Shown piece after piece: positions 26,338 through 36,152 of a stretch of DNA of 41,698 bases (positions within the stretch are counted from its first letter, which is position 1; each line of letters starts with the position of its first letter). The notes beneath the pieces are model-generated. The model was not told the DNA's origin. It worked only from the letters and a program-made list of their open reading frames with translations, and did not search any database. Both the position numbers and the translations under genes were made by a program. This DNA comes from an uncultured Planctomycetales bacterium (GTDB lineage Bacteria; Omnitrophota; Gorgyraeia; Gygaellales; Profunditerraquicolaceae): positions 1 through 41,698 of the forward strand of contig CAZAPM010000007.1 of assembly GCA_964487475.1 (NCBI GenBank), written 5' to 3'.

Positions 26338-29055
26338 ATGAAAAAAATCATCCTCCCCATACTTCTTGCATCGGTTTTCGTTGCGGCCTCTTGTTCTTCT
26401 CGCGCGCTCGCGCAAAGCCAGGCAGTACAATATCTCAATGAGTTAGGGGCTACCTATTACAAGATGGGCAAGTTCGATGATGCCCTTCAGGAGTTCGAGA
26501 AGGTCCTTCTGATCGAGCCCGGCAATCCCACCGCACAGAAATACGTTTCCGCAATTTTCCGCCGCGATACCGAGATCGATATCAGCGAACGCCAGAAGGC
26601 TCCCGAAGAAATGAAGCTTTCCCGGCTTTCAAAGGTCTCGGGTACCCTCAACCGCATGGAAAAGCGCCTGCAGGCACCCGTTGATGAGGGGGTCCCGGAG
26701 GAAAAGAAATCAAAGCAGCTCGGGCCCTTCTCGGTCAAAGGGGAGATGCAGGTAAGCGCCGGCATTGACGAGCGGGATTTCATCTGGAAGCAGGCCAACG
26801 CCGATCTCAATGAAAAGAATTACCGTTTGCTCTCCGACCGGGCGTATGACCGCCGTACCAATACCTTCGACGCGCGCGTCTTCGACCGGGTCAAGGTCGA
26901 GCTGGATACGGAATACGAGCAGGGGTTCAATGCTCACAGCAATATCGTGGTCGATCCCTGGAGCTTTGTGGGTAAGGGGCCGAAGACCACCATCTCCAGC
27001 GATTTCGGGGATACGGCCGAGGTCGAGCTTAAGTACTGGTCCAATACCCGTTATCTGGTCAACGAGAAGGTCCTCAGCGACCGGTTCGGTAATTCCCTGA
27101 ATATCCCCGAAGTGAAGGTCTATAACGGAGAAGTGCAGGCGTTCACCGTCCCCGGCGCATTTACACCGAACGATACTTTCCGTATCCCCGACACCAAGAT
27201 CGATATGGAGTTCAAGCCGATCCGGGAATTCTGGGTGGATTATACCCAGCCGGGCACCAAGTTCCGGGTGTTCCCGATCGCCTATCAGGATCAGGCGTTG
27301 AGCACGAGCGATCCGCTGGCCCTTTCCAACAATCATATGTACTGGCAGCAGAGCCCCTGGCTGGACAGCTGGAGGCCGGGCAAGCTGAATTACGGAGCAA
27401 CTCCGGTGGATTTCACCAAGGGCAAGTTCGACGATTCGCTCTCTTATTTCACCCGTGACAGCGACGGCACCAGGCTCACTTCGCTGCGCGGCGCGTCCCT
27501 GGAGATGTCGCCTCTCGAGGGGGTGAATTTCGCCACGACTTTCGCCACACCGCTGACCCTGTGGCAGGATTATGATGATTTCAACAACCTTATCAGCGCA
27601 TCCCGGATGACGTACCGGATGCTGGAGAACTTCAGCATCGGCGGGCTTTTCACCTACCGGGTGGGCTTGAATCAGGATAATGACCGGGATTACACCAATG
27701 CGGTGTGGGGGTATGATGCGGCGTACGAACCGGTAGAGGGCGTGCAGGCCAAGATGGAGATCGCCGGGTCCCAGACCGGCCGGGATAAGACCAACGACGA
27801 TTACAAGACCGAATCCCGCGGGAACGCCTATATGGTCTCGGTGATGGGCACCTATCCCCAGCGGCCGCTGATGGACCTGAAATTCGGGTATAACGAGCTC
27901 AAACCAGAAGAGGATCAGGATGTGTTCGCCAAAGCCAAGCTTTTCGCGGCGCATATGGATCAGGGATTCGATCCCGCGCTTTCCAATTACCGCGAGACCA
28001 GGGACGATACGTTCTGGTCCAGGCACATCCATTTCCGCAAGCCGTTCCAGTTCTATTACGAGGGGTTGTCCTCTCCGAGCTTAAGCTGGGATGATATCTC
28101 GCCGTACCGTATCGGCGACGGTATCGATGTGGGGCGCGATTCCATAGGTTTGCGCGTGGAGACGGTGTTGCCCCAGTCGAGGCTGGAGAACCTTTTCGAC
28201 GTGCGCAACGTGCACGAGGCGAACGGTAAATTCATAGAGAATGTGATCAGGGACGAGCTGACGTTCGGCCTTACTGATAAGCTGACCGCAAAACTGCTGG
28301 GTATCTATCACAAGCTGCCGAAGACCACGGGCGGGGTGGATCCGTTCATATTCGATACCGCGACCGGGGAATACCTGGCGAATGCCGCCATCCAGGACGA
28401 GATGAGCCCGACGCTTAAGACCGGTTCGGCGGGGCTCGAGTATGCGTTCACCGAGTGGGCTGCGATCTCGGGAGTGTGGGAGCGCACGAATGATTCCACC
28501 CTGGGCACGGATAACTTCCCGCGCGGTGTCCTCAACAGCTCGAGCATGACCACCTTCTCCGAGTATGACCGTAACTATCGCCGGGAATATCCGTTCCTTT
28601 ACAGCCAGGGATTTTATCCGCTGCCCCCGTATGATTACTTCGATATCTTCAAGACCGGCTTGCGCCTGTCTCCCATGGAGACCATGGAGATCTATCTTGA
28701 TTACACCCGCAATGAGTTTAAGGGCGCGGGTATGATCGACGACAACATGAACCATATCGGCCTGGAGGTCGCATATATGCCGACCAAGAAGCTCGGGCTG
28801 CTCTTCAAGTATACCTATTCTCGCTGGAATGACGTCAACCGGCTGCTCGACGGCCATGACAAGATCTATATGGGCTTCCACAACTTCTTCTCGGAGTTGC
28901 GATACCTTCCCTGGCAGGACGACGAACTGGTGTTGCAGTACGGGGAGGGAGGAAGAAGCCCCATTGCGTCGGTTACCTTCGATCCCTTCGGAGGGAGCCT
29001 TTCCACGCTGGAGACCCAGCATATCTTCAGGATGTATTACCGCAGGAAGTTCTAA
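26338..29055 (+). CDS. Exported protein with N-terminal TPR and probable outer-membrane beta-barrel
   Basis: Signal peptide, TPR motif (LGATYYKMGKFDDALQEFEKVLLIEPGN), alternating aromatic beta-strands and C-terminal ..MYYRRKF. Confidence 0.7.
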   Translation: MKKIILPILLASVFVAASCSSRALAQSQAVQYLNELGATYYKMGKFDDALQEFEKVLLIEPGNPTAQKYVSAIFRRDTEIDISERQKAPEEMKLSRLSKVSGTLNRMEKRLQAPVDEGVPEEKKSKQLGPFSVKGEMQVSAGIDERDFIWKQANADLNEKNYRLLSDRAYDRRTNTFDARVFDRVKVELDTEYEQGFNAHSNIVVDPWSFVGKGPKTTISSDFGDTAEVELKYWSNTRYLVNEKVLSDRFGNSLNIPEVKVYNGEVQAFTVPGAFTPNDTFRIPDTKIDMEFKPIREFWVDYTQPGTKFRVFPIAYQDQALSTSDPLALSNNHMYWQQSPWLDSWRPGKLNYGATPVDFTKGKFDDSLSYFTRDSDGTRLTSLRGASLEMSPLEGVNFATTFATPLTLWQDYDDFNNLISASRMTYRMLENFSIGGLFTYRVGLNQDNDRDYTNAVWGYDAAYEPVEGVQAKMEIAGSQTGRDKTNDDYKTESRGNAYMVSVMGTYPQRPLMDLKFGYNELKPEEDQDVFAKAKLFAAHMDQGFDPALSNYRETRDDTFWSRHIHFRKPFQFYYEGLSSPSLSWDDISPYRIGDGIDVGRDSIGLRVETVLPQSRLENLFDVRNVHEANGKFIENVIRDELTFGLTDKLTAKLLGIYHKLPKTTGGVDPFIFDTATGEYLANAAIQDEMSPTLKTGSAGLEYAFTEWAAISGVWERTNDSTLGTDNFPRGVLNSSSMTTFSEYDRNYRREYPFLYSQGFYPLPPYDYFDIFKTGLRLSPMETMEIYLDYTRNEFKGAGMIDDNMNHIGLEVAYMPTKKLGLLFKYTYSRWNDVNRLLDGHDKIYMGFHNFFSELRYLPWQDDELVLQYGEGGRSPIASVTFDPFGGSLSTLETQHIFRMYYRRKF

Positions 29056-29084
29056 CGCCGCGTTACCAGTCTGCGTAAAAATAT

Positions 29085-29124
29085 AAGGCCGGGATTATCG
29101 ATCAGATAATCCCGGCCTTTTTTT
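29085..29124. terminator. Intrinsic terminator between convergent genes, probably bidirectional
   Basis: AAGGCCGGGATTATC-GATCA-GATAATCCCGGCCTT (15-bp stem) with a T run after and an A-rich run before. Confidence 0.85.
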
Positions 29125-29136
29125 ATGGTCGGTGCG

Positions 29137-32100
29137 TTACTTCAGTTCGATGGATATCTCTTTGATGCGCTTCTCGCGCACCTGCGCGGCGTAAGGGGCG
29201 GGAATGGTATCTCCCTGGATGGTAACCGCTTTGCCCTGGGCGCAGGTAAAGGATATCCGTGTAACCTTCGCGCCCTTTGCTCCGAAGGTATCCTTAAGCG
29301 AAGGGTTCAGGTAGGTTATCTTGACCGAGCCGAGGAACGTGCACTGGTAGGTCTTGGTGCGCGGCGCAAAGAGCCATTTCGCGAGCGCCGGGGCGAAACG
29401 CAGGTTAAGCTGTTCCTGAGCGTTGAGGAAGAAGGGGGCTGGCCCGTAGTTCATGGTAAGCAGCATCTGCAGGAACTCGGCGGTCGAGCCGGAGAGCCTG
29501 GCCACAAATCCCGTGCCGTGCTGGGACTTGTCCGGAAACGCGCTGCTGGCGATGAAGGACGAGTTCTCCAGGACGCTTCTTCCGTAAACGCTTGGTTTCA
29601 TGAACGGTATCAGGGTCTGCGGTATCTCCGCATAGAATTCCTCGTACATTCCCTTCTTCAGCAGCTCCAGGAGGTATTTATACTCCATATGCAGCCAGAT
29701 GGACTCGTTCTCCAGCCAGCCGGGAGCGAATACCCTGCAGCGTCCGATCTCCAGCGGCATGGGTGCAAGCGGCGAGGTCACTTTGTACATCCCGAGCTTC
29801 TTGTCGAAAAGAGGGCTCTTTTTGGTCGAAAGGTGCAAGGCTTTGGCTTCGCGCGTTGCGAGCGTCTTCATGGCGTGTACCTGCGCTTCCAGGAAGAAGG
29901 GAAGCTTTACCTGTTTGAATGAGGTGACCTTGACCAGGGGAGCCTTCGTCAATTCAAATGTCACCGGCTCATGGATGAAATACCCGTAATACAGGCCGCT
30001 TTCTTTATCTTTTGCCGCCGCGATACCATCATCGAGCTTCCGGCAGGCAAGGGTGAGGAACTCTTTGATCTGGGGAACGGGCGTCCCGGTTTCGGTCCCG
30101 GAAAAACCCAGGCGAGTCTTCTGCCAGTACAGTTCCTTGACCGTGTGCGTGGCATCCCAGAAGGCGAAACGGATATCGTTCTCGTCGGCGTAGGTGTCCT
30201 TGATCGCCGCAACCAGCTCCTGCATCAGTGCCGCCACTTCTTCCGTGACAGGCAGGGTGTCGGACCTGTGGAGCGTAAGGGCATCCTGCATGAACTGCAT
30301 CAGCCTGCGCAGCTCCAGGGTCTCGTTCAAAGAGGAGCCGAAAAGCGCCGGCAGTCCGTTAAGCGCGTCATACCAGTTCGGCTTGTCCGCTTCCATCTCG
30401 ATCCCCATGCCCATGGGGTCAAGCGAGGCGAATTTGTTGGCCGCCAGGCATAAGAGCTTGTTGAAAAGGCTGGTGCTGTATACTTCGTCCGTCGTGCCGT
30501 ATCCCGTGCGCGCCGTATGGGGAAGCTGGAGGCGCTTCTTGAGCAGCTCTTTTTTTGCGGTATCGACGCCAACCGAGTGTAACTGCTTGACCTTGCCGTC
30601 GTGCAGCTGGTGTTTTTCGCTGCGCGGCTTGACGTACTCGGCATTGTCGAAGAAGGTGAAGATCCTCTTTTCGAAGAGGAGGGAGCGTTTCTGCTCCGGG
30701 TACAGGGAAAGGTAATTCTCGATCAGGTCGAGGTTATAGGTCCAGTGGTCGCTCCAGAAACCTTCTCCGTGTTCGGCGTCCTGCATCTTGCGGGAGAAAC
30801 GGATGGCGGTTTCCACGATCTCGTCCATCGATTTGCTGTCTGCGGCCAGGCCGTGCTGTTCCAGGTAGATGGCCAGGTCACCGGGAGTGAATGGTTTGGC
30901 CAGGAAATCGCAGAGTTTCTGCACTTTTGCCTGGTCCTCCGCCGGAAGAGAGGCCCGCAGCGCATCCTGCATGCCCCGGCAATCTTGCAGGGTGAAGGTG
31001 GAGCCTTTGACCACGAGCGGATTGTACCCGTCGGATTGCAGCAGGTTCATGAAGGCCACGATATTGGAGTCACCGACCTTCGGATTGAACCAGGTGTCGA
31101 GCCTGCGGTTCTGGTTGACATCGCGGTAATTGCCGTTGCCCTGGGAGAAGTAGGAGGGCTGGATCTGGAAATTGTTGTAATCCCGTTCCAGGTCCCCGTG
31201 TTTGCGGGAATAGAGGTAGAACACTTCCCCCGACGAGAAGGTGAGGGGGAAACCTCCGCGCAGGAGGTTGTCCAGATATGTCTGCTTGCAGTAAAGATCG
31301 AACTCTTTGGAGGCGCTGGCCGTTTCGACGTTGGCTTCCAGGGAGGCGATGAGCGTCCTGTTCTCCGCCTTTTTCGCTTCCAGGTATCCCGGGGTAAGGC
31401 ATTTCTTTGTCAAGGACCCGAGCAAATCCTTGGAGCGCAGGTAACCCGCCACTGCGGAAAAGGACTTCGATTTTCCCGCTGCCAGGGTTGCCCGCAGATG
31501 AAGCATGGCGCAGGGGGTTTTACTGGTGGTGGTCTCATGCGCAGGCGCAGTGAAGCGTTTTGCGGAAAGGAAGGCGTGCGGCTGCGAGAAATCGGTGATC
31601 TGGCCGAATACCGTCGCGGGGTCGACCAGGGGCTTGAGCAGCTTTTTAACGCCGCGCTCCTCATGCACCCCGAGATAGAAATTGCCTTCGTGGATGTGCA
31701 CCACTTCCGGCCGGTCGGAAGGATCGACCGCCAGCTTGAAATAGGGCACTCCGTGCTCGAGGTTCTCCACGTTCATCCAGCCTTCGATGGTCCGCGAGAG
31801 GTGTTTCAGGAACCAGTTGTTGGTGCCGAAGGGGACGATCTGGGGAAGTCCGTCGATGATCTCGATCTCTTTGGCGCTGCGGGAGGTGTTGGTGACCGTT
31901 ACTTCCCTTACCAGCGCGCCGTAGGAATCGTTGGGGATCGTATAATAGTGCACCCGGGTGTGCAGGCCCAGGGTCTCGTTCGTCTCCTCCAGGATCAGGT
32001 CGGAAGAGGTGATGCGCATCAGGTTGTGCAGGGAGAAGCGTTCGCTGGCGTATCCGTTATGGAAAGGTTCGTAATAGGTCTGTTTTTTGCCCGAGACCTT

Positions 32101-32361
32101 GTAAAAGGTGCGGAATCCGTGGTTGCTGACGAACTGCCAGGTCTTATTGGCCGGGAAGAACTCGAGGATGGCGTGGTCCTTATCTTTAGTCCCGAAACTG
32201 GCGATCGCCTGGCCCCGGTTGGCGTAGAAGACCCAGATGGGTACGCCGTACTTGCCCGCTATGCCGGGGAAGAAGTTGGCGAAGGGTTTGGCATAATTAT
32301 AATTCTCAATGACGAATGAATTGTCTTTATCGAGGTAGTACTTCGGTGCGGTGGTTGCCAT
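29137..32361 (-). CDS. Glycoside phosphorylase, probably GH161 beta-1,3-glucan phosphorylase (GH94-related)
   Basis: 1074 aa with no signal peptide. Motifs PFANFFPGIAG..WVFYANRGQ, YSRKHGDLERDYN, QGNGNYRDVNQNRR, GFWSDHWTY, WYDALNGLP, GWLENESIWLHMEYKY, ARLSGSTAEF. AGGAG RBS. Confidence 0.8.
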   Translation of the reverse strand: MATTAPKYYLDKDNSFVIENYNYAKPFANFFPGIAGKYGVPIWVFYANRGQAIASFGTKDKDHAILEFFPANKTWQFVSNHGFRTFYKVSGKKQTYYEPFHNGYASERFSLHNLMRITSSDLILEETNETLGLHTRVHYYTIPNDSYGALVREVTVTNTSRSAKEIEIIDGLPQIVPFGTNNWFLKHLSRTIEGWMNVENLEHGVPYFKLAVDPSDRPEVVHIHEGNFYLGVHEERGVKKLLKPLVDPATVFGQITDFSQPHAFLSAKRFTAPAHETTTSKTPCAMLHLRATLAAGKSKSFSAVAGYLRSKDLLGSLTKKCLTPGYLEAKKAENRTLIASLEANVETASASKEFDLYCKQTYLDNLLRGGFPLTFSSGEVFYLYSRKHGDLERDYNNFQIQPSYFSQGNGNYRDVNQNRRLDTWFNPKVGDSNIVAFMNLLQSDGYNPLVVKGSTFTLQDCRGMQDALRASLPAEDQAKVQKLCDFLAKPFTPGDLAIYLEQHGLAADSKSMDEIVETAIRFSRKMQDAEHGEGFWSDHWTYNLDLIENYLSLYPEQKRSLLFEKRIFTFFDNAEYVKPRSEKHQLHDGKVKQLHSVGVDTAKKELLKKRLQLPHTARTGYGTTDEVYSTSLFNKLLCLAANKFASLDPMGMGIEMEADKPNWYDALNGLPALFGSSLNETLELRRLMQFMQDALTLHRSDTLPVTEEVAALMQELVAAIKDTYADENDIRFAFWDATHTVKELYWQKTRLGFSGTETGTPVPQIKEFLTLACRKLDDGIAAAKDKESGLYYGYFIHEPVTFELTKAPLVKVTSFKQVKLPFFLEAQVHAMKTLATREAKALHLSTKKSPLFDKKLGMYKVTSPLAPMPLEIGRCRVFAPGWLENESIWLHMEYKYLLELLKKGMYEEFYAEIPQTLIPFMKPSVYGRSVLENSSFIASSAFPDKSQHGTGFVARLSGSTAEFLQMLLTMNYGPAPFFLNAQEQLNLRFAPALAKWLFAPRTKTYQCTFLGSVKITYLNPSLKDTFGAKGAKVTRISFTCAQGKAVTIQGDTIPAPYAAQVREKRIKEISIELK

Positions 32362-32374
32362 AGGTCTCCTTGTT

Positions 32375-32449
32375 GTAGGGACGGTTCTCGCTCGTGAGGA
32401 GAACTGTCCCCTTAGGGGACAGTTTTAACCGTAAATCAGAACCGTCCCT
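32375..32449. repeat. REP-like four-arm palindromic element (GTAG-tagged)
   Basis: GTAGGGACGGTTCTC..GAGAACTGTCCCCT-T-AGGGGACAGTTTT..AGAACCGTCCCT. Arm 1 (32377-88) is the perfect reverse complement of arm 4 (32438-49). Arms 2/3 form a perfect 11-bp palindrome. Confidence 0.8.
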
Positions 32450-32535
32450 GGATCAGAATAATTTATTTTACCTAAATCATAGTGTTTGTCCAGGGGTATT
32501 TGCGCGTTTTGCTGCCGGAACAGGCCGAAAAAGCC

Positions 32536-32564
32536 TTGAATTTCCGAAGGTATTGGAGTATAGT
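32536..32564 (+). promoter_or_regulatory. Sigma70 promoter for the response regulator-gatCAB unit
   Basis: TTGAAT-N17-TATAGT, with GGAGG RBS downstream. Confidence 0.65.
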
Positions 32565-32587
32565 AGATTGCGTATTTGGAGGTGTAA

Positions 32588-32938
32588 ATGCCGAAAAAAA
32601 TTCTCGTGATAGATGATGAGCAGGACGTGGTGGAGTTCCAGAAGGCATACCTGACCAGGAAAAAGTTCGAGGTCTACTGCGCCACCACTACTCCCCAGGC
32701 CATGGAACTGCTTGCCTCCGTGCGTCCGGATGTGGTCTTTTGTGATATGCGTATCGATTCCGACCGCTCCGGCCTGGATATCCTGGAACAGGCGAAGAAG
32801 AACGACCCGGAGGTAGCGTTCTACCTCATCACCGGCCTTTCCGACGGTACGATCGAACAGCAGGCGCTGGCCGCGGGCGCCCGGGAAGTGCTGGTCAAGC
32901 CGATCTCCAACGAAGAGATACTGAAACGCCTGGAATAG
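32588..32938 (+). CDS. Single-domain response regulator (receiver only)
   Basis: ILVIDDE, phospho-acceptor Asp in FCDMRI, ITG, VKP. Confidence 0.9.
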   Translation: MPKKILVIDDEQDVVEFQKAYLTRKKFEVYCATTTPQAMELLASVRPDVVFCDMRIDSDRSGLDILEQAKKNDPEVAFYLITGLSDGTIEQQALAAGAREVLVKPISNEEILKRLE

Positions 32939-32956
32939 AAAGCTAAGGACACACCC

Positions 32957-33244
32957 ATGTCCATCGACCGAAAGACGGTAGAATACGTTTCACATCTGGC
33001 AAGGATCGAGCTGGATGAGCAGGAGCTTTCCGTGCTCGCGGGCCAGCTTACGGGGATCCTTGATTTCATCGATACCCTGACCGAAGCGGATATTTCCGGT
33101 GTCGCTGCGACAAGCCACGTATTGAACCTGCGCAATGTCCTGCGCGAAGACCTGCCCGGTACTTCCCTGGAGAATGCTGAGGCGCTGCGCAATGCGCCGC
33201 GCAGGGAAGGCGAATTCTTCGGCGTTCCTAAAGTGATCGAATAA
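32957..33244 (+). CDS. gatC: Asp/Glu-tRNA amidotransferase subunit C
   Basis: [17 protein letters not shown]...FFGVPKVIE. Confidence 0.93.
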   Translation: MSIDRKTVEYVSHLARIELDEQELSVLAGQLTGILDFIDTLTEADISGVAATSHVLNLRNVLREDLPGTSLENAEALRNAPRREGEFFGVPKVIE

Positions 33245-33266
33245 TCCTGGATCCGGCATCTTCTCT

Positions 33267-34706
33267 ATGGAAAAGAACTCCTTGACCGCACAACAATTAC
33301 TCTCGAAGATCGGCGCGAAAAGCCTTGCGGCAGACGCGGTCATCGACGGATTGCGGGCGCGTATCGCCGCGGCCGACCAGAAGATCAACGGCTATGTGCG
33401 CAAGGACTCGAACCCCTTCGTCATTCCCGCATCATCCGCGGCCGCGGGGGGGATTTTGCGCGGACTGCCGGTATCCCTGAAGGATAATATCTGTACCGAA
33501 GGGGTCCGTACGGAATGCTGTTCCCGTATCCTGGAAGGGTTCGTCCCGCCCTATGACGCTACCGTCGTGACGAAGCTGAAGGAGGCAGGCGCGTCCCTGC
33601 TGGCGGTCAAGACCAACATGGATGAGTTCGCCTTCGGATCTTCCACCGAAAACTCTTTTTTCGGCCCTACCCGCAATCCCTGGGATTTACAGCGGGTGCC
33701 GGGAGGCTCCTCCGGCGGTTCGGCTGCGGTAGTGGCCGCTGACGAGGCGATCTGGGCATTGGGATCGGATACGGGAGGTTCCATCAGGCAGCCGGCAGCG
33801 TTCTGCGGAGTGGTAGGGGTCAAGCCGACGTACGGAAGGGTATCCCGGTACGGATTGATCGCGTTCGCCTCCAGCCTGGACCAGATCGGCCCGCTCGCCA
33901 AAAGCGTTGCGGACGCCGCGCTGCTGCTGCAGGTGATCGCCGGCCATGACCCCCGCGATTCCACCTCTGCCGATGTCCCGGTGCCGGATTTCACCGCCTG
34001 TCTCGGGGAGGATATCAAAGGCATGACCATAGGCATCCCGAAGGAGTATTTCATCGAAGGGATCGATCCTCAGGTCGATGCTGCGCTAAAAGAGGCCATT
34101 GCGCTGCTGCAGCAGAAGGGTTGTACGGTCCGGGAAGTCTCCCTGCCGCACACCAGATACGCGGTGCCGGTGTATTATATCGTGGCGACGGCGGAAGCCA
34201 GTTCCAACCTGGCGCGTTTCGACGGGGTGCAGTACGGCCTGCGCGTTCCCGCGAGCGCGCTGATCCCCATGTACATGAAGACCCGCGGTGCGGGGTTCGG
34301 CCCCGAGGCCAAGCGCCGCATCCTGCTGGGCACCTTCGCGCTTTCGCACGGGTATTACGACGCGTATTATCTGCGGGCGCAGAAAGTGCGCACCCTGATC
34401 GCCCGGGATTTCGAAAGGGCGTTCGCCCAGTGCGATTGCCTGCTCACCCCTACCGCGCCGACACCGGCATTCCGCATCGGGGAGAAATCGCAGGACCCCC
34501 TGCAGATGTACCTTTCGGACATATTCACCATCTCCGCGAACCTGGCGGGGATCCCGGCGATGTCCCTGCCGTGCGGGTTCACCAGGGAGGGGCTGCCGGT
34601 GGGAATGCAGCTGCTGGCGAAGAATTTTGACGAAGCGACGCTTTTCCGCGTGGGGCACGCGTATGAACAGGCGACCCCCTGGCATACCATGAGGCCCAAG
34701 GTATAA
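33267..34706 (+). CDS. gatA: Asp/Glu-tRNA amidotransferase subunit A
   Basis: [47 protein letters not shown]. Confidence 0.96.
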   Translation: MEKNSLTAQQLLSKIGAKSLAADAVIDGLRARIAAADQKINGYVRKDSNPFVIPASSAAAGGILRGLPVSLKDNICTEGVRTECCSRILEGFVPPYDATVVTKLKEAGASLLAVKTNMDEFAFGSSTENSFFGPTRNPWDLQRVPGGSSGGSAAVVAADEAIWALGSDTGGSIRQPAAFCGVVGVKPTYGRVSRYGLIAFASSLDQIGPLAKSVADAALLLQVIAGHDPRDSTSADVPVPDFTACLGEDIKGMTIGIPKEYFIEGIDPQVDAALKEAIALLQQKGCTVREVSLPHTRYAVPVYYIVATAEASSNLARFDGVQYGLRVPASALIPMYMKTRGAGFGPEAKRRILLGTFALSHGYYDAYYLRAQKVRTLIARDFERAFAQCDCLLTPTAPTPAFRIGEKSQDPLQMYLSDIFTISANLAGIPAMSLPCGFTREGLPVGMQLLAKNFDEATLFRVGHAYEQATPWHTMRPKV

Positions 34707-34713
34707 TACGCAT

Positions 34714-36150
34714 ATGGCATACGAGACCGTGATCGGACTGGAAGTGCACGTGCAGCTGAAGACCCGCACCAAGGCGTTCTGCGGATGCGCGACGGAATTC
34801 GGCGCGCCCCCGAACAGCCAGGTGTGCCCGGTGTGCCTGGGATTTCCGGGGACCCTTCCCGTGCTCAATGCCGCGGCGCTGGACCATGCCATCAAAGTGG
34901 GGCTGGCCCTGCATTGCACCGTGCAGGAATATACCAAATTCGACCGCAAACATTACTATTATCCCGATCTGCCCAAGAACTACCAGATCTCCCAGTATGA
35001 TATGCCGGTCTCCAAGGACGGGTATCTGGATATCGAGACGGATGCAGGGACCAAGCGCATCGGGATCGTCCGGGCGCATCTGGAGGAGGATGCCGGGAAG
35101 CTGGTGCACAAGGAGGAGGGCAGCCTGGTGGATTACAACCGCACCGGGATACCCTTGCTCGAGATCGTCAGCGCTCCGGATATGCGCTCTCCCCAGGAGG
35201 CGTATGAATACCTGACCAGGCTCAAGAGCATTCTGGAGTATCTGGAAGTTTCCGATTGCGACATGGAAAAAGGCCTCCTGCGCTGCGATGCGAACATCTC
35301 CATCCGGCCCCGGGGACAAACCGAGCTGGGCACCAAGGCGGAGTTGAAGAACCTGAATTCCTTCCGGGCGGTGCGCGATGCGCTGGCATTCGAGGAGAAG
35401 CGCCAGGCCGAGGTGCTGGACGAGGGAGGGCGGGTGGTGCAGGAGACCAGGCTTTGGGATGCGGATACGCTGACCACCGTGTCCATGCGCTCGAAGGAAG
35501 AGGCTAAGGATTACCGGTATTTTCCCGAGCCGGACCTGGCCCCTTGCCTGATCTCACAGGAAAAGATAGCGGGTATCCGTGCGACCCTGCCGGAGCTGCC
35601 GGACGCCAAGCGCGCCAGGTTTGTCTCTCAGTACGGGATGCTGGAGGCGGATGCCGCCGTGCTGACGCAGGTCAAACCGGATGCGGAATTCTCCGAGGAG
35701 TGCCTTCGGCTCTTCCCTGGAGCGGATAAAAAACCCGTGGTGAATTGGCTTACCGGCGCGGTGCGTTCCCTGGCCGCAGCCCTCGGTAAAGAACGGATCG
35801 GCGAGCTGGGGATTTCCGCGGCAGGGCTGGTGGAGCTGGCCGTGGCGGTGCGCGACGGCGTCATCTCCAACCTTGCGGGAAAAGAAGTGCTCAGGGAGAT
35901 GGCCTCATCCGGAAAGAAACCGGGAGAGATCATCGCCGAGAAGAATCTGGGGCAGATATCGGATTCTTCGTCGCTGGATGCGTTCGTGGCGGAGGCGGTG
36001 GCGGCCAACCCGAGGTCGGTCCAGGATTTCCTCTCCGGCAAGGAGAACGCGCTGATGTTCCTGGTCGGACAGGTGATGAAAAGGTCCCAGGGCAAGGCGA
36101 ATCCGAAAGTGGTGCAGGAGTTGTTGCGCAAAAAACTGCAAGGAGCTTGA
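34714..36150 (+). CDS. gatB: Asp/Glu-tRNA amidotransferase subunit B
   Basis: IGLEVHVQL, YPDLPKNYQISQ, HLEEDAGK, RCDANIS, DYRYFPEPDL. Confidence 0.97.
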   Translation: MAYETVIGLEVHVQLKTRTKAFCGCATEFGAPPNSQVCPVCLGFPGTLPVLNAAALDHAIKVGLALHCTVQEYTKFDRKHYYYPDLPKNYQISQYDMPVSKDGYLDIETDAGTKRIGIVRAHLEEDAGKLVHKEEGSLVDYNRTGIPLLEIVSAPDMRSPQEAYEYLTRLKSILEYLEVSDCDMEKGLLRCDANISIRPRGQTELGTKAELKNLNSFRAVRDALAFEEKRQAEVLDEGGRVVQETRLWDADTLTTVSMRSKEEAKDYRYFPEPDLAPCLISQEKIAGIRATLPELPDAKRARFVSQYGMLEADAAVLTQVKPDAEFSEECLRLFPGADKKPVVNWLTGAVRSLAAALGKERIGELGISAAGLVELAVAVRDGVISNLAGKEVLREMASSGKKPGEIIAEKNLGQISDSSSLDAFVAEAVAANPRSVQDFLSGKENALMFLVGQVMKRSQGKANPKVVQELLRKKLQGA

Positions 36151-36152
36151 CG

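Noticed and set aside
30601..32319. 572-aa + strand ORF
   Set aside because: Antisense shadow of the glycoside phosphorylase.
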